Source: Polyangiaceae bacterium
GTDB lineage: Bacteria > Myxococcota_A > Polyangia > Polyangiales > Polyangiaceae
Assembly: GCA_050287085.1 (NCBI GenBank)
Contig: JBNKBE010000007.1
Span: 1-64,000 of the forward strand
DNA: 64,000 nucleotides
Direction: 5' to 3'
Shown: positions 9,452-19,861 of the stretch, piece by piece
How the letters are laid out: each line of letters begins with the position of its first letter
Position numbering within the stretch: the stretch's first letter is position 1
Notes under the pieces: model-generated
Told to the model about the DNA's origin: nothing
The model's database searches: none
What the model saw: only the letters and a program-made list of their open reading frames with translations
Position numbers and translations under genes: made by a program

Positions 9452-12391
9452 TCACTGGACCGACTCACGACGCACGCGAAAGCGCTCGATCTGACCACCA
9501 CGTTCGACTTCGACCACCACGTCGCTTCCAGCACGCCCCCGGAGCAGGGTCTGCGCGGCGGCTACCGTGCGCGGCACTTCGCCGTCCAGGGCCAACACGA
9601 CATCCCCGGCTCGGAGTCCGTCGTCCTCTGCCGAGCTGCCCGGCTGCACGCGACTTATCACCAACTGGTCCACTGTGCTGGTATCCCGCCACTCGAGGGC
9701 GATCGCCAGCCCACCTTGCCCCGGTTGCAGCTCTTCCCCTGATTGCAGAACAATGCGCGCCTCATCGCTACCCGCAGCATCAGCTTGGACCTGGCCGCTA
9801 CCGTAGACAGAATGATAGGCGTAAAGAGTGACCGTACCGGCGGGCGCGTCCTCGATAGTGAAGCGCCCCGCGTCATCGCTACTTACCCCGTCGTGGTCGA
9901 GCCCGGGCTGCGAGGGAAGTTGAGGCTCCACTCCGACGCGAGCATGCGCCACCGGCTCACCCGCGGCGCTCACCACAAGGCCCGTGAGCTGCGTGCGTTC
10001 CTCCAGGACGATTTCGGGCAGGTCTAGCTCGCGACGTCGATCGCGCGCTCCTTCGATACTGACGACGCGCCGAGCGCTCGCGTATTGCCCGTGGCGCACG
10101 CGCACGGTGGCGGTGCCCGCGGGAGCGGCGTTGAACGCGAAGTCACCGCTCGCGTCGCTGTGAGTCAGCAGCGTCCCGTGAGCGGTCGTCAGAGAAATCG
10201 CAGCACCTGAAACCGCAACCCTTCCTCGCACCGCCGCGATCCTGCCGCGCACGGTCACTCCCGGATCCAGCGCGGCCCCCGTCTCCTCCGGTAGCGAAGC
10301 GTATTGCACGCGGACGGGGGCAAACCCCGGCGCACTCACATCCACACTGACGGCCAGGCCCGCCGCGTCGGAGAACTCCGCGAAGCCGCTTCGGTCCGTG
10401 AAGCGCGTGACGCGGAGCGGCGTGCCTGGATCCGTAGAGCGCAGCTCCACCTGCGCGAGCTCCACGGGCACGTCGCGATCGTCGACGACCCGAAAGCGCA
10501 CCGCGCGCCGCTCCGGTGGCAAATGCAGCTCGACCGAAAGCTCCGCCCCAGGGGTTAGCGTGAGCACTTCGCGCAGGCGATAGTGCGTAATGTCGTCGGG
10601 CGCCGCCACCAACGCCACCACGCGCTCGGGCACCGCGTTCAGGGCAAAGCGACCTTCCGCGCCGGTGATGACGCTATGCTCATAGCCGCCACTATCCGCC
10701 ATGACGCGCACGCGCGCTCCGGGCACGGGACGCTCGTACTCATCCACCACCGTTCCGCGCAAACGGCCTCCCTCATGGAGCACCACCTGGACCGTACCAC
10801 TAGCCCCCGGCGCCACCTGCACAGGTGCACTCATGCCTTCAACGTAGGCGGGATGACGCACGAGCGCGCGCAGGCGCCCCGCTGGCACGGGCCCGACGCG
10901 GAAGTAGCCGTTCAAGGACGTTAGCCAGGGCTTGTAATCGTCGGGAAGCACGTCAAAGGTGAGCGCCTGGTTCACGAACGGAACCGGGCCCAGCGTAACA
11001 CCCAGCTCACCCGAGGCGACCACCTGCTGCGAGGCCAGCGAGGCGTCGAAGTGTGCCTTGCGATACGCCGACCGAAGCGGACTTTCCAAAATCGGGTAGC
11101 CGTGACGGTCGACGCCCACCACCTCGATGCGCGCTCCCGCGACGGGGCGGCCGTCGCTGTCGACGACGTCGCCGCGCAGCCACGCGCCACGCTCCATCAC
11201 CACCCGGACCTCCCGCGCGGGAGCCGGAGGCACGCGCAGCATTCCAGGCCCGAAGAAGCCATCCGCGCTTACACTGACCACACCACTCGTGAGCGGCACT
11301 GGACCAAGAACCACCCGGCCACGCGCATCCGTGCGTCCGAGAAATGGGAACACTGCAATGCCTTCATCGGAGAGCACAACCTCCGCGCCGGGTATCGGAC
11401 GCTCACCCTCCGGTCCTAGCTCGAGCACAACAACCGAAACACGCCGCGCCGGTTCAAGGGTGAGCTCCAAAGTTCGCGACGCACCCCGCTCAATCTGCAA
11501 GGAGGTGAGCGGCGATAGGCGGTCGTCAGCGAAGGCGCGCACTTCATAGGCGCCGGGCTCGAGCCCGCGCAATTCAACGATCCCCCGTTCGTTTGCCATC
11601 GCGCGACGCGCTGGCGACAACAGGGGCCCCGCGATCAACAATTCAGCCCCGGCAAGCGATGCGCCTGCGCTGTCAACCAGGTGAACCCGCGAGCGGGTTT
11701 CCTGCGCGAGCACAAGCTCCAGACCGTCCTCGTAGGTGCGCTCGCGCAGGGCTTCATAGCCCCGCGCAAAGACCGATACGGAACGCGCCCCGCCCCGGGC
11801 GCGAGTGAATACCACGTGCCCTTCGGCATCTGTCAGTCCCCCAAAAGGCAGCGGATCCCCATCGTCCAACAACACGGTGGCCCCCAGGACGGGCTCGCCC
11901 TGCTCGTCGACCACACGCAGCTTCGCGGGCACCGCCGGGACCAGCTGGAAGTGCACGCTACCAGCGGCCGCAACGTCGAGCGCGCGCGAGCTCCGCGCCC
12001 ACCCGGGTGCCTCCGCGCTGACCCAGATGGCCCCCGATACCCCACCCAACAACACACGACCCGACGCGTCGGTGTCGCCGCTCGCCAGTCGCTGATAGCG
12101 CCCGTCGGCGCGCCGCCGAAACGCGCTAGCCTTGGCCCCCGCCAGGGGCGCGGCCCCACCGCGCACATGCCGAACCCCAGCGTCAAGCTCCTCGCTCACG
12201 CCGCGCTGCGCCGCGACAAATACGGCCAGACCCCCGCCCTGCTCGCTTGCGGCGTCGGATACGGCGAGCAGCGTCCAACCCAAACGCTCGCGCTGAAGCT
12301 GCACCACTGCCACGCTGGCCGCTAGTGCGCACAACAACACAAAAAGCACGCGCGGGAGCCACCGTTGGTATGAGCCGCCCGCATGCGCCAT
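9452..12391 (-). CDS. Membrane-anchored protein with carboxypeptidase-regulatory-like repeats and a C-terminal PDZ domain
   Basis: Repeated 'GxVVDxxGxPVxGAxV' units; C-terminal 'VQPGSSAEDDGLRAGDVVLALDG'; start could be 12409. Confidence 0.8.
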   Translation of the reverse strand: MAHAGGSYQRWLPRVLFVLLCALAASVAVVQLQRERLGWTLLAVSDAASEQGGGLAVFVAAQRGVSEELDAGVRHVRGGAAPLAGAKASAFRRRADGRYQRLASGDTDASGRVLLGGVSGAIWVSAEAPGWARSSRALDVAAAGSVHFQLVPAVPAKLRVVDEQGEPVLGATVLLDDGDPLPFGGLTDAEGHVVFTRARGGARSVSVFARGYEALRERTYEDGLELVLAQETRSRVHLVDSAGASLAGAELLIAGPLLSPARRAMANERGIVELRGLEPGAYEVRAFADDRLSPLTSLQIERGASRTLELTLEPARRVSVVVLELGPEGERPIPGAEVVLSDEGIAVFPFLGRTDARGRVVLGPVPLTSGVVSVSADGFFGPGMLRVPPAPAREVRVVMERGAWLRGDVVDSDGRPVAGARIEVVGVDRHGYPILESPLRSAYRKAHFDASLASQQVVASGELGVTLGPVPFVNQALTFDVLPDDYKPWLTSLNGYFRVGPVPAGRLRALVRHPAYVEGMSAPVQVAPGASGTVQVVLHEGGRLRGTVVDEYERPVPGARVRVMADSGGYEHSVITGAEGRFALNAVPERVVALVAAPDDITHYRLREVLTLTPGAELSVELHLPPERRAVRFRVVDDRDVPVELAQVELRSTDPGTPLRVTRFTDRSGFAEFSDAAGLAVSVDVSAPGFAPVRVQYASLPEETGAALDPGVTVRGRIAAVRGRVAVSGAAISLTTAHGTLLTHSDASGDFAFNAAPAGTATVRVRHGQYASARRVVSIEGARDRRRELDLPEIVLEERTQLTGLVVSAAGEPVAHARVGVEPQLPSQPGLDHDGVSSDDAGRFTIEDAPAGTVTLYAYHSVYGSGQVQADAAGSDEARIVLQSGEELQPGQGGLAIALEWRDTSTVDQLVISRVQPGSSAEDDGLRAGDVVLALDGEVPRTVAAAQTLLRGRAGSDVVVEVERGGQIERFRVRRESVQ

Positions 12392-12609
12392 GTAAGCTCT
12401 GAACTTCACTCGATCTCGGTTCTCAGCCGGCGGCCCTGATGCTAGAGGCAGAGCTCGGGTGACACAAGCTTCGCGATGGAATCGCGCTAGGCTATGTCAA
12501 GAACCCACCTCACCCGGACGCCCGCGGAGACACTCTGGCCCTTTGCACCTTTCCGAAGCGCATTTTTTTTTGGGGGAAAGCCGTCCGGTGCATCGCTTGG
12601 ACGCTCGCG

Positions 12610-13746
12610 TTGTGCGCTGCCTGCGAGGGCGGAAGCCGCCCGCCGCTGCTGACGCGCGACGCCATCGACGCCGGTAGCGGGGGGGTCACAACACCCAACG
12701 ACGAAGACGACCGCATCCTCGACATTGCGCCGTCCGAGGTCTTTGGGTCCTGTAGCGAGGCCAAAGCTGAACTCAAGATCGAGCGGCCTAACTTCTACTT
12801 CGTCTTGGACGGCTCCGGCAGCATGCTGGACCCGATGCCCGGCGCCGAAAACATGAGTCGCCACGTTGCGGCGCGTGCCGCCATCGGACAGATGTTAGCC
12901 CGGGTGGGCACCCGAGTGAATATTGGAGCCGCTACCTTTCCTCGGCCCGACGACGTGGACGCCTGCGCCCCAGGCGTTGAAGTCTTTTCGCTCCGCCCCA
13001 GCGAAGCGCCCACTGCGGACTATCCCCAGGGCCGCACGGTAGCAGCGCTCGAGCAGCGCCTTGCCCGCTACAATCCAGGGGGCGCGACGCCCACTGCAGC
13101 AACGTTGCGCGCGCTGCGCAAACGCCTCACTCAGGCCAATGGCCGAACCTTCGCGTTCTTGCTCACGGACGGAGCGCCCAACTGCGATCTGGACGAGCCC
13201 TGTGATGCGGATCGCTGCATTCCCAACATCGAAAAGGCCGCGGTCTTGGGAGGGCCAGCTTGTGACGCCGAGACCAACTGCTGCGCCGAAAGCCTGGCCC
13301 CCCACCTATGCCTCGACGACGACGGCACGGTGGACATCCTGGAACGCCTCGCGGACGCCGGCGCAAACACCTATGTCATCGGCATGCCCGGCAGTGAAAC
13401 CTACGCCGACATCCTCAACGCTATGGCCACCGCCGCCGGCACTGCGCGTGAAGGAGATCCACAATATTACCGCGTCGCGGACGCAGCGTCGCTAGCCACA
13501 ACCCTATTCGAGCTGGGACTCGAACTGACGGCGTCCTGCACCCTCGACCTCGGCGCCGAGCCCAACGATCCGCAAGACGTCCGAGTGTTTGCTGACGGCG
13601 CTGAACTCGCGCGGGACGAGCAAGACGGCTGGACCTGGACGGGGACGCAGCAATTGGAGTTGGTCGGCGCCCCCTGTGAGCGCTGGCAGAACGGCGAGAC
13701 CGGCCAGCTGCGCGCCTTCGAGGGCTGCCCGGTGGTCATCGAGTAG
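12610..13746 (+). CDS. VWA-domain lipoprotein (true start uncertain)
   Basis: MIDAS 'LDGSGSM', 'GATPT', 'LLTDGAPNC'; the signal-peptide-like frame extends upstream into a T9G5 run. Confidence 0.8.
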   Translation: MCAACEGGSRPPLLTRDAIDAGSGGVTTPNDEDDRILDIAPSEVFGSCSEAKAELKIERPNFYFVLDGSGSMLDPMPGAENMSRHVAARAAIGQMLARVGTRVNIGAATFPRPDDVDACAPGVEVFSLRPSEAPTADYPQGRTVAALEQRLARYNPGGATPTAATLRALRKRLTQANGRTFAFLLTDGAPNCDLDEPCDADRCIPNIEKAAVLGGPACDAETNCCAESLAPHLCLDDDGTVDILERLADAGANTYVIGMPGSETYADILNAMATAAGTAREGDPQYYRVADAASLATTLFELGLELTASCTLDLGAEPNDPQDVRVFADGAELARDEQDGWTWTGTQQLELVGAPCERWQNGETGQLRAFEGCPVVIE

Positions 13747-13768
13747 GTAAGCCGCTAGACTTTCGCCC

Positions 13769-14050
13769 GTGGATCACGACAAGCTCAACCAGCTCAGGAC
13801 CGCCATCGACGAAATCGACCAGCGTATGCTTCAGCTGCTCGCCGAACGCGTCAAGCTGGTGCTGCAAGTCGGCGAGCTCAAACGTGAGTTCGGAGTGAAG
13901 GTGTACGATCCGGAGCGCGAACGTCGAGTCCTGGAACGTATTGCGCGGGCGGCGCCTGCTCCCTTGAACCCCGAGGTCGCCCGCCGCGTTTTCGAGCGGA
14001 TCATCGACGAATCGCGGAGCCAAGAAAAGCACCACGTCGCAGAAGTCTAG
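13769..14050 (+). CDS. Monofunctional chorismate mutase (AroQ class)
   Basis: 'LRTAIDEIDQRMLQLLAER..VGELK', 'YDPERE'. Confidence 0.92.
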   Translation: MDHDKLNQLRTAIDEIDQRMLQLLAERVKLVLQVGELKREFGVKVYDPERERRVLERIARAAPAPLNPEVARRVFERIIDESRSQEKHHVAEV

Positions 14051-14187
14051 CCGCAACCCTGGCGCCCATCAGGTCGCTGCCCTACCCGTCGCCGACTGCC
14101 GCGAGCATGTGCTCCAAGAGCGGCCGTCGGCTACCCCAAGTCTCTGGCCCGTCTCGACACCACAACGCTCGATGCCAGCACCTCGCG

Positions 14188-15363
14188 TCAGTGCAGGGTA
14201 TGCCACTGCTGGCCTTCGCGCACTTGAGGAAGCCCGGAGGGCAGCGCGCCTTGTGTCAAGCGCTCCGCCAACCACGCGGGAGCCGCTTGGAGCAGACGTT
14301 CACGCTCAGCCCGCGCGTCCTCCGCGGCCTCCTGCGCGGCCCAACGAGCCAATGTGCGGGCTTGTCTCCTTCGCTTCTTCAGCCACGCAACCACGAGCAA
14401 GAGGCTGAGCAGACCCCACAGCATGCCGCCGCTGAGCAACATCGGAAGCAACGTGTAGCGACGCTCTGCATCGTCTTGCCACAGCACGAATAGGGTGGGC
14501 AGAGCCTCCCCGTAGGAATTGGCAACGGCCCGCTCAAAGGGTTCACCCCGGGCGATGCGCTTGAGCAGCAGACGGAAGCGCCCCGCATCCTGGCGCCGAG
14601 AAAGATAACGCACGAAGTCCGCCGACTGAGCATACGCCAGCGGCACCGCCAGGGTGTCCTGTGGGAAGCTGCGCTCCAAGGAAGGGAAGGGCAAGAGGTC
14701 CCCGGTCACCGTCGCCGCCCAGAGCGCCCGAAGCCGCCCCCAGCGGTCCTCCCCCGACAACACCACCGCCAGCCCCTCATTGAACCAAAGCGGGATGTCT
14801 CCGCCCGGCGCCGCGTCGGCGAGAGCCAGATGTGCCAGCTCGTGGCGCAACACGGTCCGCACGTCATGCTCGGAGTTGGGCGTCACCGGCTGCTCGGTGA
14901 GAAGGATCAGATCCCGCGCGGAGTAGGCCACTCCCGCCGCATAGCTAGGGTACGACCCAGATCGCGGCGCGAGCTGACGCATCGCCTTGGCGTCGGGCGC
15001 GAGCCGCACGGTGGCTTTGCTCAAAACGCTTGGCCCAAGCTGCTCCCGAGCAGCCGCGCGAAAGCGCAACGCCTCCTCGAGCAAAGGCTCCGCCCAACGC
15101 TCCAGCCCGGGGCCCCAGGCCATGTCGATCCCACTGCGACTTCGCCGACCATAGCCCTCGGGCAGGGGCGGGAGCGAAGAGGCACCCTCCGCTGCGTTCG
15201 CGTAGGAGCTTGGCGCCTCTTGGGCTACGTCCCCGGCACGGAGCGGCGCCGCCCATCCGAGCAACCCGAAGACCAGCGACGCGACAAGCCAAAATGAGAG
15301 CCCGAGAGAGCTGCAGGGCCGACGACGACGCGTCAAATCGGGAGGTCGTCGTAGTGGCGCCAT
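14188..15363 (-). CDS. Peptidase MA-family zinc metalloprotease with a C-terminal TM helix
   Basis: HELAH plus 'LWFNEGLA' gluzincin motif; signal peptide. Confidence 0.85.
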   Translation of the reverse strand: MAPLRRPPDLTRRRRPCSSLGLSFWLVASLVFGLLGWAAPLRAGDVAQEAPSSYANAAEGASSLPPLPEGYGRRSRSGIDMAWGPGLERWAEPLLEEALRFRAAAREQLGPSVLSKATVRLAPDAKAMRQLAPRSGSYPSYAAGVAYSARDLILLTEQPVTPNSEHDVRTVLRHELAHLALADAAPGGDIPLWFNEGLAVVLSGEDRWGRLRALWAATVTGDLLPFPSLERSFPQDTLAVPLAYAQSADFVRYLSRRQDAGRFRLLLKRIARGEPFERAVANSYGEALPTLFVLWQDDAERRYTLLPMLLSGGMLWGLLSLLLVVAWLKKRRRQARTLARWAAQEAAEDARAERERLLQAAPAWLAERLTQGALPSGLPQVREGQQWHTLH

Positions 15364-15502
15364 CGGTCCTCACAGCCTGGGTCTGCAAGCGATAAAGTCA
15401 AGACGTGGCCGTCAGGCCCCAGCAAACTCGTTCCACATCGGGGGTCGCGCCCGGGGTTCTGAAGGCCCGAGCGGCGCTCCTCGCCAGCACCCCCGCACTC
15501 GG

Positions 15503-16147
15503 CTAGAAGACCCCAAGCAGCCCCAAGACGACAGGGGCAGCGCGACTGGCTTCGTCCAAGACGACGCTCACGCCACCTGGAGCCCCTGCGATCGCAAGAG
15601 CTCCCACGGTCCCAAGCCACGCTGCGGCGGCCACGCCCCCAAGACGATGCAAGAGGCGCTCCATAGGCCAGCAACGCCCTACCGCCAGCGCCAGCACACA
15701 GCCGGTTGTGACCTCGAGCCAACGGCCCGGCGCGAGGCACAAGACCCCGGGCAGAAACAAGGCGATACCCGCAGCGCTCGTCCACGCGGGATGCATACCC
15801 GATAGCCACCCAAGACGACGTTGTAGCAGCCAGAAACCAAGGATAGGCGCAAGGGCCACCAGGGACAGGGTAAGCGCGAGCAGGCCGCGGTGATGCGTCG
15901 CCGACCACGTCACCCACGAGAGTGGAAACATGAGCGCCGCGGCGACCAACGCCCAAAGAGCCGGAGCTCGCTGCGGACGCTCAACGGCCAATACTGGAGC
16001 CACGAGCCACAACCCGAGCGCCCCTCCCGCCCACAGTAGAGCAAAAGCAGGCACGGATGGGCCGCGTGGAAGCCCCAACATCGCCCATAAGGCGCCCGCG
16101 ACGAGCGCCTTCGAAGTTCGGGCCGCAAGCGTCGTCGTACCCACCAT
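15503..16147 (-). CDS. Hypothetical membrane protein
   Basis: Hydrophobic ORF; ATG overlaps the upstream stop (TGATG). Confidence 0.6.
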   Translation of the reverse strand: MVGTTTLAARTSKALVAGALWAMLGLPRGPSVPAFALLWAGGALGLWLVAPVLAVERPQRAPALWALVAAALMFPLSWVTWSATHHRGLLALTLSLVALAPILGFWLLQRRLGWLSGMHPAWTSAAGIALFLPGVLCLAPGRWLEVTTGCVLALAVGRCWPMERLLHRLGGVAAAAWLGTVGALAIAGAPGGVSVVLDEASRAAPVVLGLLGVF

Positions 16148-18780
16148 CACCGGCTTCCTCCGCAGCGCCCCAGACTCGCGCCGGCCAGCGCTGCAGCAGC
16201 CGCGCGTTGGACCCACCCTGGTGCTCCTGCTGCCTGCAGTGGCTTAATCCGACGCGCCAAATCGCGCGGTGCAATACGCCCCAGGGCTCCTAGGGCTGCG
16301 CGGCCCACAACCGCCTGCGCTTCACTGCCTCCAAAGACACCCAGCGGCACGCTGAGTTCCGTGAGCAAGTCCGTGGCTTGCTCCGCGCACAATACCCCTA
16401 AGCTGCCGGCGGCGGCGGCGCGCACGTAGGGGTCCTCGTCATCATCGCCGAGCCGCTCGATCAGCACCGGGGCAAATGCCTGCCCTCCCGCTTTGCCCAA
16501 CGCCAGCGCTGCGGGTCGCTTCACCTCCGCGGATTCGTCGCGCTCCAAGACCTCCGCGACGAGCGCAAGCGCTGCTTTCGTCCCGCGCTCCCCCAGGCCC
16601 CGCACGGCCGCGGCGCGGACCAAAGGCCAGCTATCGCCGAGTGCCCGCTCGCCTAGGGCACGCTCCGCGCTCGGCGAGTTCAGGGCGGCGATCCGCTCTA
16701 CCGCGGCAGCTCGAACCCGAACGTTCTGGTCGCCCAACGCTTGTTTGAGCGCGGGCAACCATGTCTCGCCAACGGGCATCTGCGACACGGCGCGAGCGCG
16801 CAATGCAGGCGCCCGATGACGCTGTGCTGCGACCACGAGCCGCCTACCCCACTCCGCGTCCGTCCAGGCCAACCTCCCCACCGTGGGCAGCAACCGGTAG
16901 GTGGTCTCAAAGTCGAGCTGCTCAGCCTCAAGCAGCTCCACAAGACAGCTCCGCGCCTCCGGCCATGTGCGAATCGAGTCCCCGAGCGCGTCGAGCAACT
17001 CCGCGCGGCCGCGCGGACCCAAGTTGCGTGCCCCCGTGAGATACTCGCGGATCCGAGGCCCCGCCTCAGGCCGCGCCACCGAAAGCATGAGCGCGCGCCT
17101 CAGCTGAGCACGAAGCCCACGCGAACGCTTTGCCAGTCGATGCGCCAAGACCGTAACCGCCCGCTGGGGCGCGAGCTCAGCCGCCACTCTTCCTAGCGGC
17201 CCAATGCGCCCCGCCCGGGCTCGCTTCAGCCCGCGCAGCACCGCGCCCATCACCGCTCTTCGACTCGCGCGGCCGGCAGCGCCGCAATCCGATAGCCGCT
17301 TCTCGATCGACCCGGCATCGGGCCCCTCCGCGATCGCCATCACCAAGCCGTCACTCGCCACCTCACAGCCGGCCCCGAGCAGCACCCGCGTCGCACTCGC
17401 ACGGCCGCGCGGTCCGAGTTCGCTGAACACCTGGCTAATGGCTTTGGCTCCTCCATCCACGCTGGATGCCAGCAGCGCCTCTGCTTCGTCCGCGTCGGGA
17501 CCATCCAATTGCCGCGCCAATGCCACCCACTCCGCCTCCGACATCCCCAGGTACACGCTGAACTCGGCCACGCCCACGTCGACCGGCCCCGACGCTACCG
17601 GCTCGGCCTCGCCCTCCGACAAGCCAGCAGCGTGGGTGGTCACCTCGGCGGTCGCCGCAGCGTCCTCCGGACGGTAGCCGCGGGCGCGGTCCAGAACAAG
17701 CGCGACGCAGCGCGTCCTATCCGCCGCTGGAAGCGAGAAATATGCAACTTCCGGCCGAACGCCGCTCACCTCGGGAAGGGCCAGCGAATACACGTGTTCG
17801 TCGGTAGCCACGTACACGTGGCTCGGAACGGCAAACGCAGCGCCGCCGCGCGCGGCCGGTAGTGTCAATCCGAAACCGGCAAGCGGAGCCGCCGCTGGCA
17901 TCCGCAGGACGACAAATTCGCCGCGTCCCGTCCCACCGCGCGCCTCGGACCACACCGTGGCCCCATCACCGTCGACGAGCTCCTGTGGCGCACCCCGGGC
18001 GCTGGACGCACCCACCACCAACAGGTCCGCCCGCGACTGTCCGGGCTCCGCCGCGACCCGCTCGAGCGCCACCGCGGAGGCGAGCGCGGCGGCCGGAAGA
18101 CGTTGGTACTTGATGCGGTGAAACTCCAGATCGCGCGCTAACAGCGCCTGCGGCGCGAGCAGCGCTTCCCGGCCACATAGGTCAAGACCAGCCCGCACGG
18201 TCCCACGCAAAACCAGGTCATAGCCTTCGTTGCGTCCGGGATGAATTCGCAGCACCTCCCCGGCCAACTCGCCGTCGACGCTCGGCTCCAGCCGGCTCGA
18301 ACCATTGAATAGCACGCGCGGCGCAGCGCCGGCGCCCATCGGTCCCGCCACCAAGGCGCTCCAGACTTCCCCCTTGCCGAGAGGGTATTGCAGCAGACGA
18401 GCGCTCCGCCGGGGACCGATCTGTACAGACGACCAGTGTTCGGCCGTCGCCGCCTGCGCTATGTCGGCCGGCAGCGACAGGAAGGTCTTCTGCCAAGCCA
18501 CGCACTGGCTCGCTCCACCCGCGGCGGGCGCCGTTGCGTCGCAGGCGGCAACGCCGAGTCGCCCTGCTTCGCGTATGACTTCCAGCGGTCGCTGCTCGGC
18601 CGCCACTTGAGCGTCAACTTCCGTCGCCAATGCCGCAGCAGGCGAACAAAGCGCCGTGGCGAAACAGCCCGCAAGTACAACTCCGCAGGCCAAGCCAACA
18701 GTTTTCCCCAGTTTTCTGGTTAACCTGTGGAAAACTCGCACAACCATTACACTCCAGCATCCTCGATGGAACAGACTCAT
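16147..18780 (-). CDS. Secreted protein with a discoidin-like domain and C-terminal HEAT/PBS repeats
   Basis: 'LVDGDGATVWSE..GEFVVL'; repeats such as 'LGDQNVRVRAAAV' and 'DEDPYVRAAAAGSLG'; start uncertain. Confidence 0.75.
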   Translation of the reverse strand: MSLFHRGCWSVMVVRVFHRLTRKLGKTVGLACGVVLAGCFATALCSPAAALATEVDAQVAAEQRPLEVIREAGRLGVAACDATAPAAGGASQCVAWQKTFLSLPADIAQAATAEHWSSVQIGPRRSARLLQYPLGKGEVWSALVAGPMGAGAAPRVLFNGSSRLEPSVDGELAGEVLRIHPGRNEGYDLVLRGTVRAGLDLCGREALLAPQALLARDLEFHRIKYQRLPAAALASAVALERVAAEPGQSRADLLVVGASSARGAPQELVDGDGATVWSEARGGTGRGEFVVLRMPAAAPLAGFGLTLPAARGGAAFAVPSHVYVATDEHVYSLALPEVSGVRPEVAYFSLPAADRTRCVALVLDRARGYRPEDAAATAEVTTHAAGLSEGEAEPVASGPVDVGVAEFSVYLGMSEAEWVALARQLDGPDADEAEALLASSVDGGAKAISQVFSELGPRGRASATRVLLGAGCEVASDGLVMAIAEGPDAGSIEKRLSDCGAAGRASRRAVMGAVLRGLKRARAGRIGPLGRVAAELAPQRAVTVLAHRLAKRSRGLRAQLRRALMLSVARPEAGPRIREYLTGARNLGPRGRAELLDALGDSIRTWPEARSCLVELLEAEQLDFETTYRLLPTVGRLAWTDAEWGRRLVVAAQRHRAPALRARAVSQMPVGETWLPALKQALGDQNVRVRAAAVERIAALNSPSAERALGERALGDSWPLVRAAAVRGLGERGTKAALALVAEVLERDESAEVKRPAALALGKAGGQAFAPVLIERLGDDDEDPYVRAAAAGSLGVLCAEQATDLLTELSVPLGVFGGSEAQAVVGRAALGALGRIAPRDLARRIKPLQAAGAPGWVQRAAAAALAGASLGRCGGSR

Positions 18781-18799
18781 GACCCGCGTATCGGAACCG

Positions 18800-19705
18800 T
18801 TACAGTAGCGTGATGCGGTCCGACTCCGAAACCCCCACCGCCGCTAACAGGTACGCTAGGCGTGAATGCGGAACGGAGACACGAGTCGGCATCCCCCCCT
18901 GCAGATCCAGGAGTTTTAAGAAATTGACACCGCTGTCAAACGCGGCTGCCGCACTCACGTTGTGAGCGTCAACGACAATGCTGATTCGAGCGCGCTCCTG
19001 GCCCATCAATAGCAGCAGCGTCTTGTCGATCGGCCCGTAGTCGGAGCGGAGGTCCACGAATGCGACCCCCGGCTCGAGAATTCGATAGGCACGTGCCGCC
19101 CGCCGCGTCTCCCGTTCGATGGGCAAGAGCTCAGCCGCCGCCGCATCTACCGCGGGCCAAAGCGACTCATCCGTGAGGCCGCCCGCCAGATGCCGAACCA
19201 CCAACCCGAAGAGCGCGGAGTCGCGCGGCCGAGCGCGCAGAGCGCGATCGAAGCGCTCTCCGATGCTGCTCGGACGCCCCAGACGCGTATCGATGGCCCG
19301 GGCATCGTCGTCGGCGCCCGGATACGCTTCAATACCGCCCCGAATCCACTTGGCTGCGCTCGCCAGTCCGTCGAAGTCCGTGTGGCAAACAATCGTATCA
19401 ACGACCCCAGCTCGTTCCACCATGGCCGGATCGATCATCTCGGGGCAAGCGCCGTGTTCCGCCTTGGTCGCCAGCACGAAGCGGGGGTCGGCGGCGAACT
19501 GAACGTGTGCATCGTGGTCGTGATGATCAACCCACAGCGCCAAGCGTTCGCCCAGCCCTTGAATGAACGGCAGGGTGATCTTGTCGAAGCCAACCTTGGC
19601 CCCCATCCCCGCGAAAGCTACGTCGAGGACCACAACCCGTCCCGAAAGGGCGCCCGGACGCGGCAGTTTGCGGGGACTGCCAAAAGCCAGCTGGGGTAAC
19701 GCCAT
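18800..19705 (-). CDS. DHH-family phosphoesterase-like protein
   Basis: 'WVDHHDH' and 'HTDFDGLASA' motifs, in unusual order. Confidence 0.75.
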   Translation of the reverse strand: MALPQLAFGSPRKLPRPGALSGRVVVLDVAFAGMGAKVGFDKITLPFIQGLGERLALWVDHHDHDAHVQFAADPRFVLATKAEHGACPEMIDPAMVERAGVVDTIVCHTDFDGLASAAKWIRGGIEAYPGADDDARAIDTRLGRPSSIGERFDRALRARPRDSALFGLVVRHLAGGLTDESLWPAVDAAAAELLPIERETRRAARAYRILEPGVAFVDLRSDYGPIDKTLLLLMGQERARISIVVDAHNVSAAAAFDSGVNFLKLLDLQGGMPTRVSVPHSRLAYLLAAVGVSESDRITLL

Positions 19706-19861
19706 GTAGCCCAGCTAGTACGCCGGGCAGGGGTGGCGCAAGGGAGTGCCGTCAAGGGGGCTCCAAAGGGATCGCGGTGGACCTGAGCAAGAGTCTTCCG
19801 GGCCGGACAGCGACGTGCAAAGAGCGTTGCACGTCCGGGTCAACCCTCCTACACGTCGTGC

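Noticed and set aside
18700..18736. Two near-DnaA boxes (TTTTCCCCA, TGTGGAAAA)
   Set aside because: Mismatched, at a gene 5' end, with no cluster or unwinding element to support an oriC call
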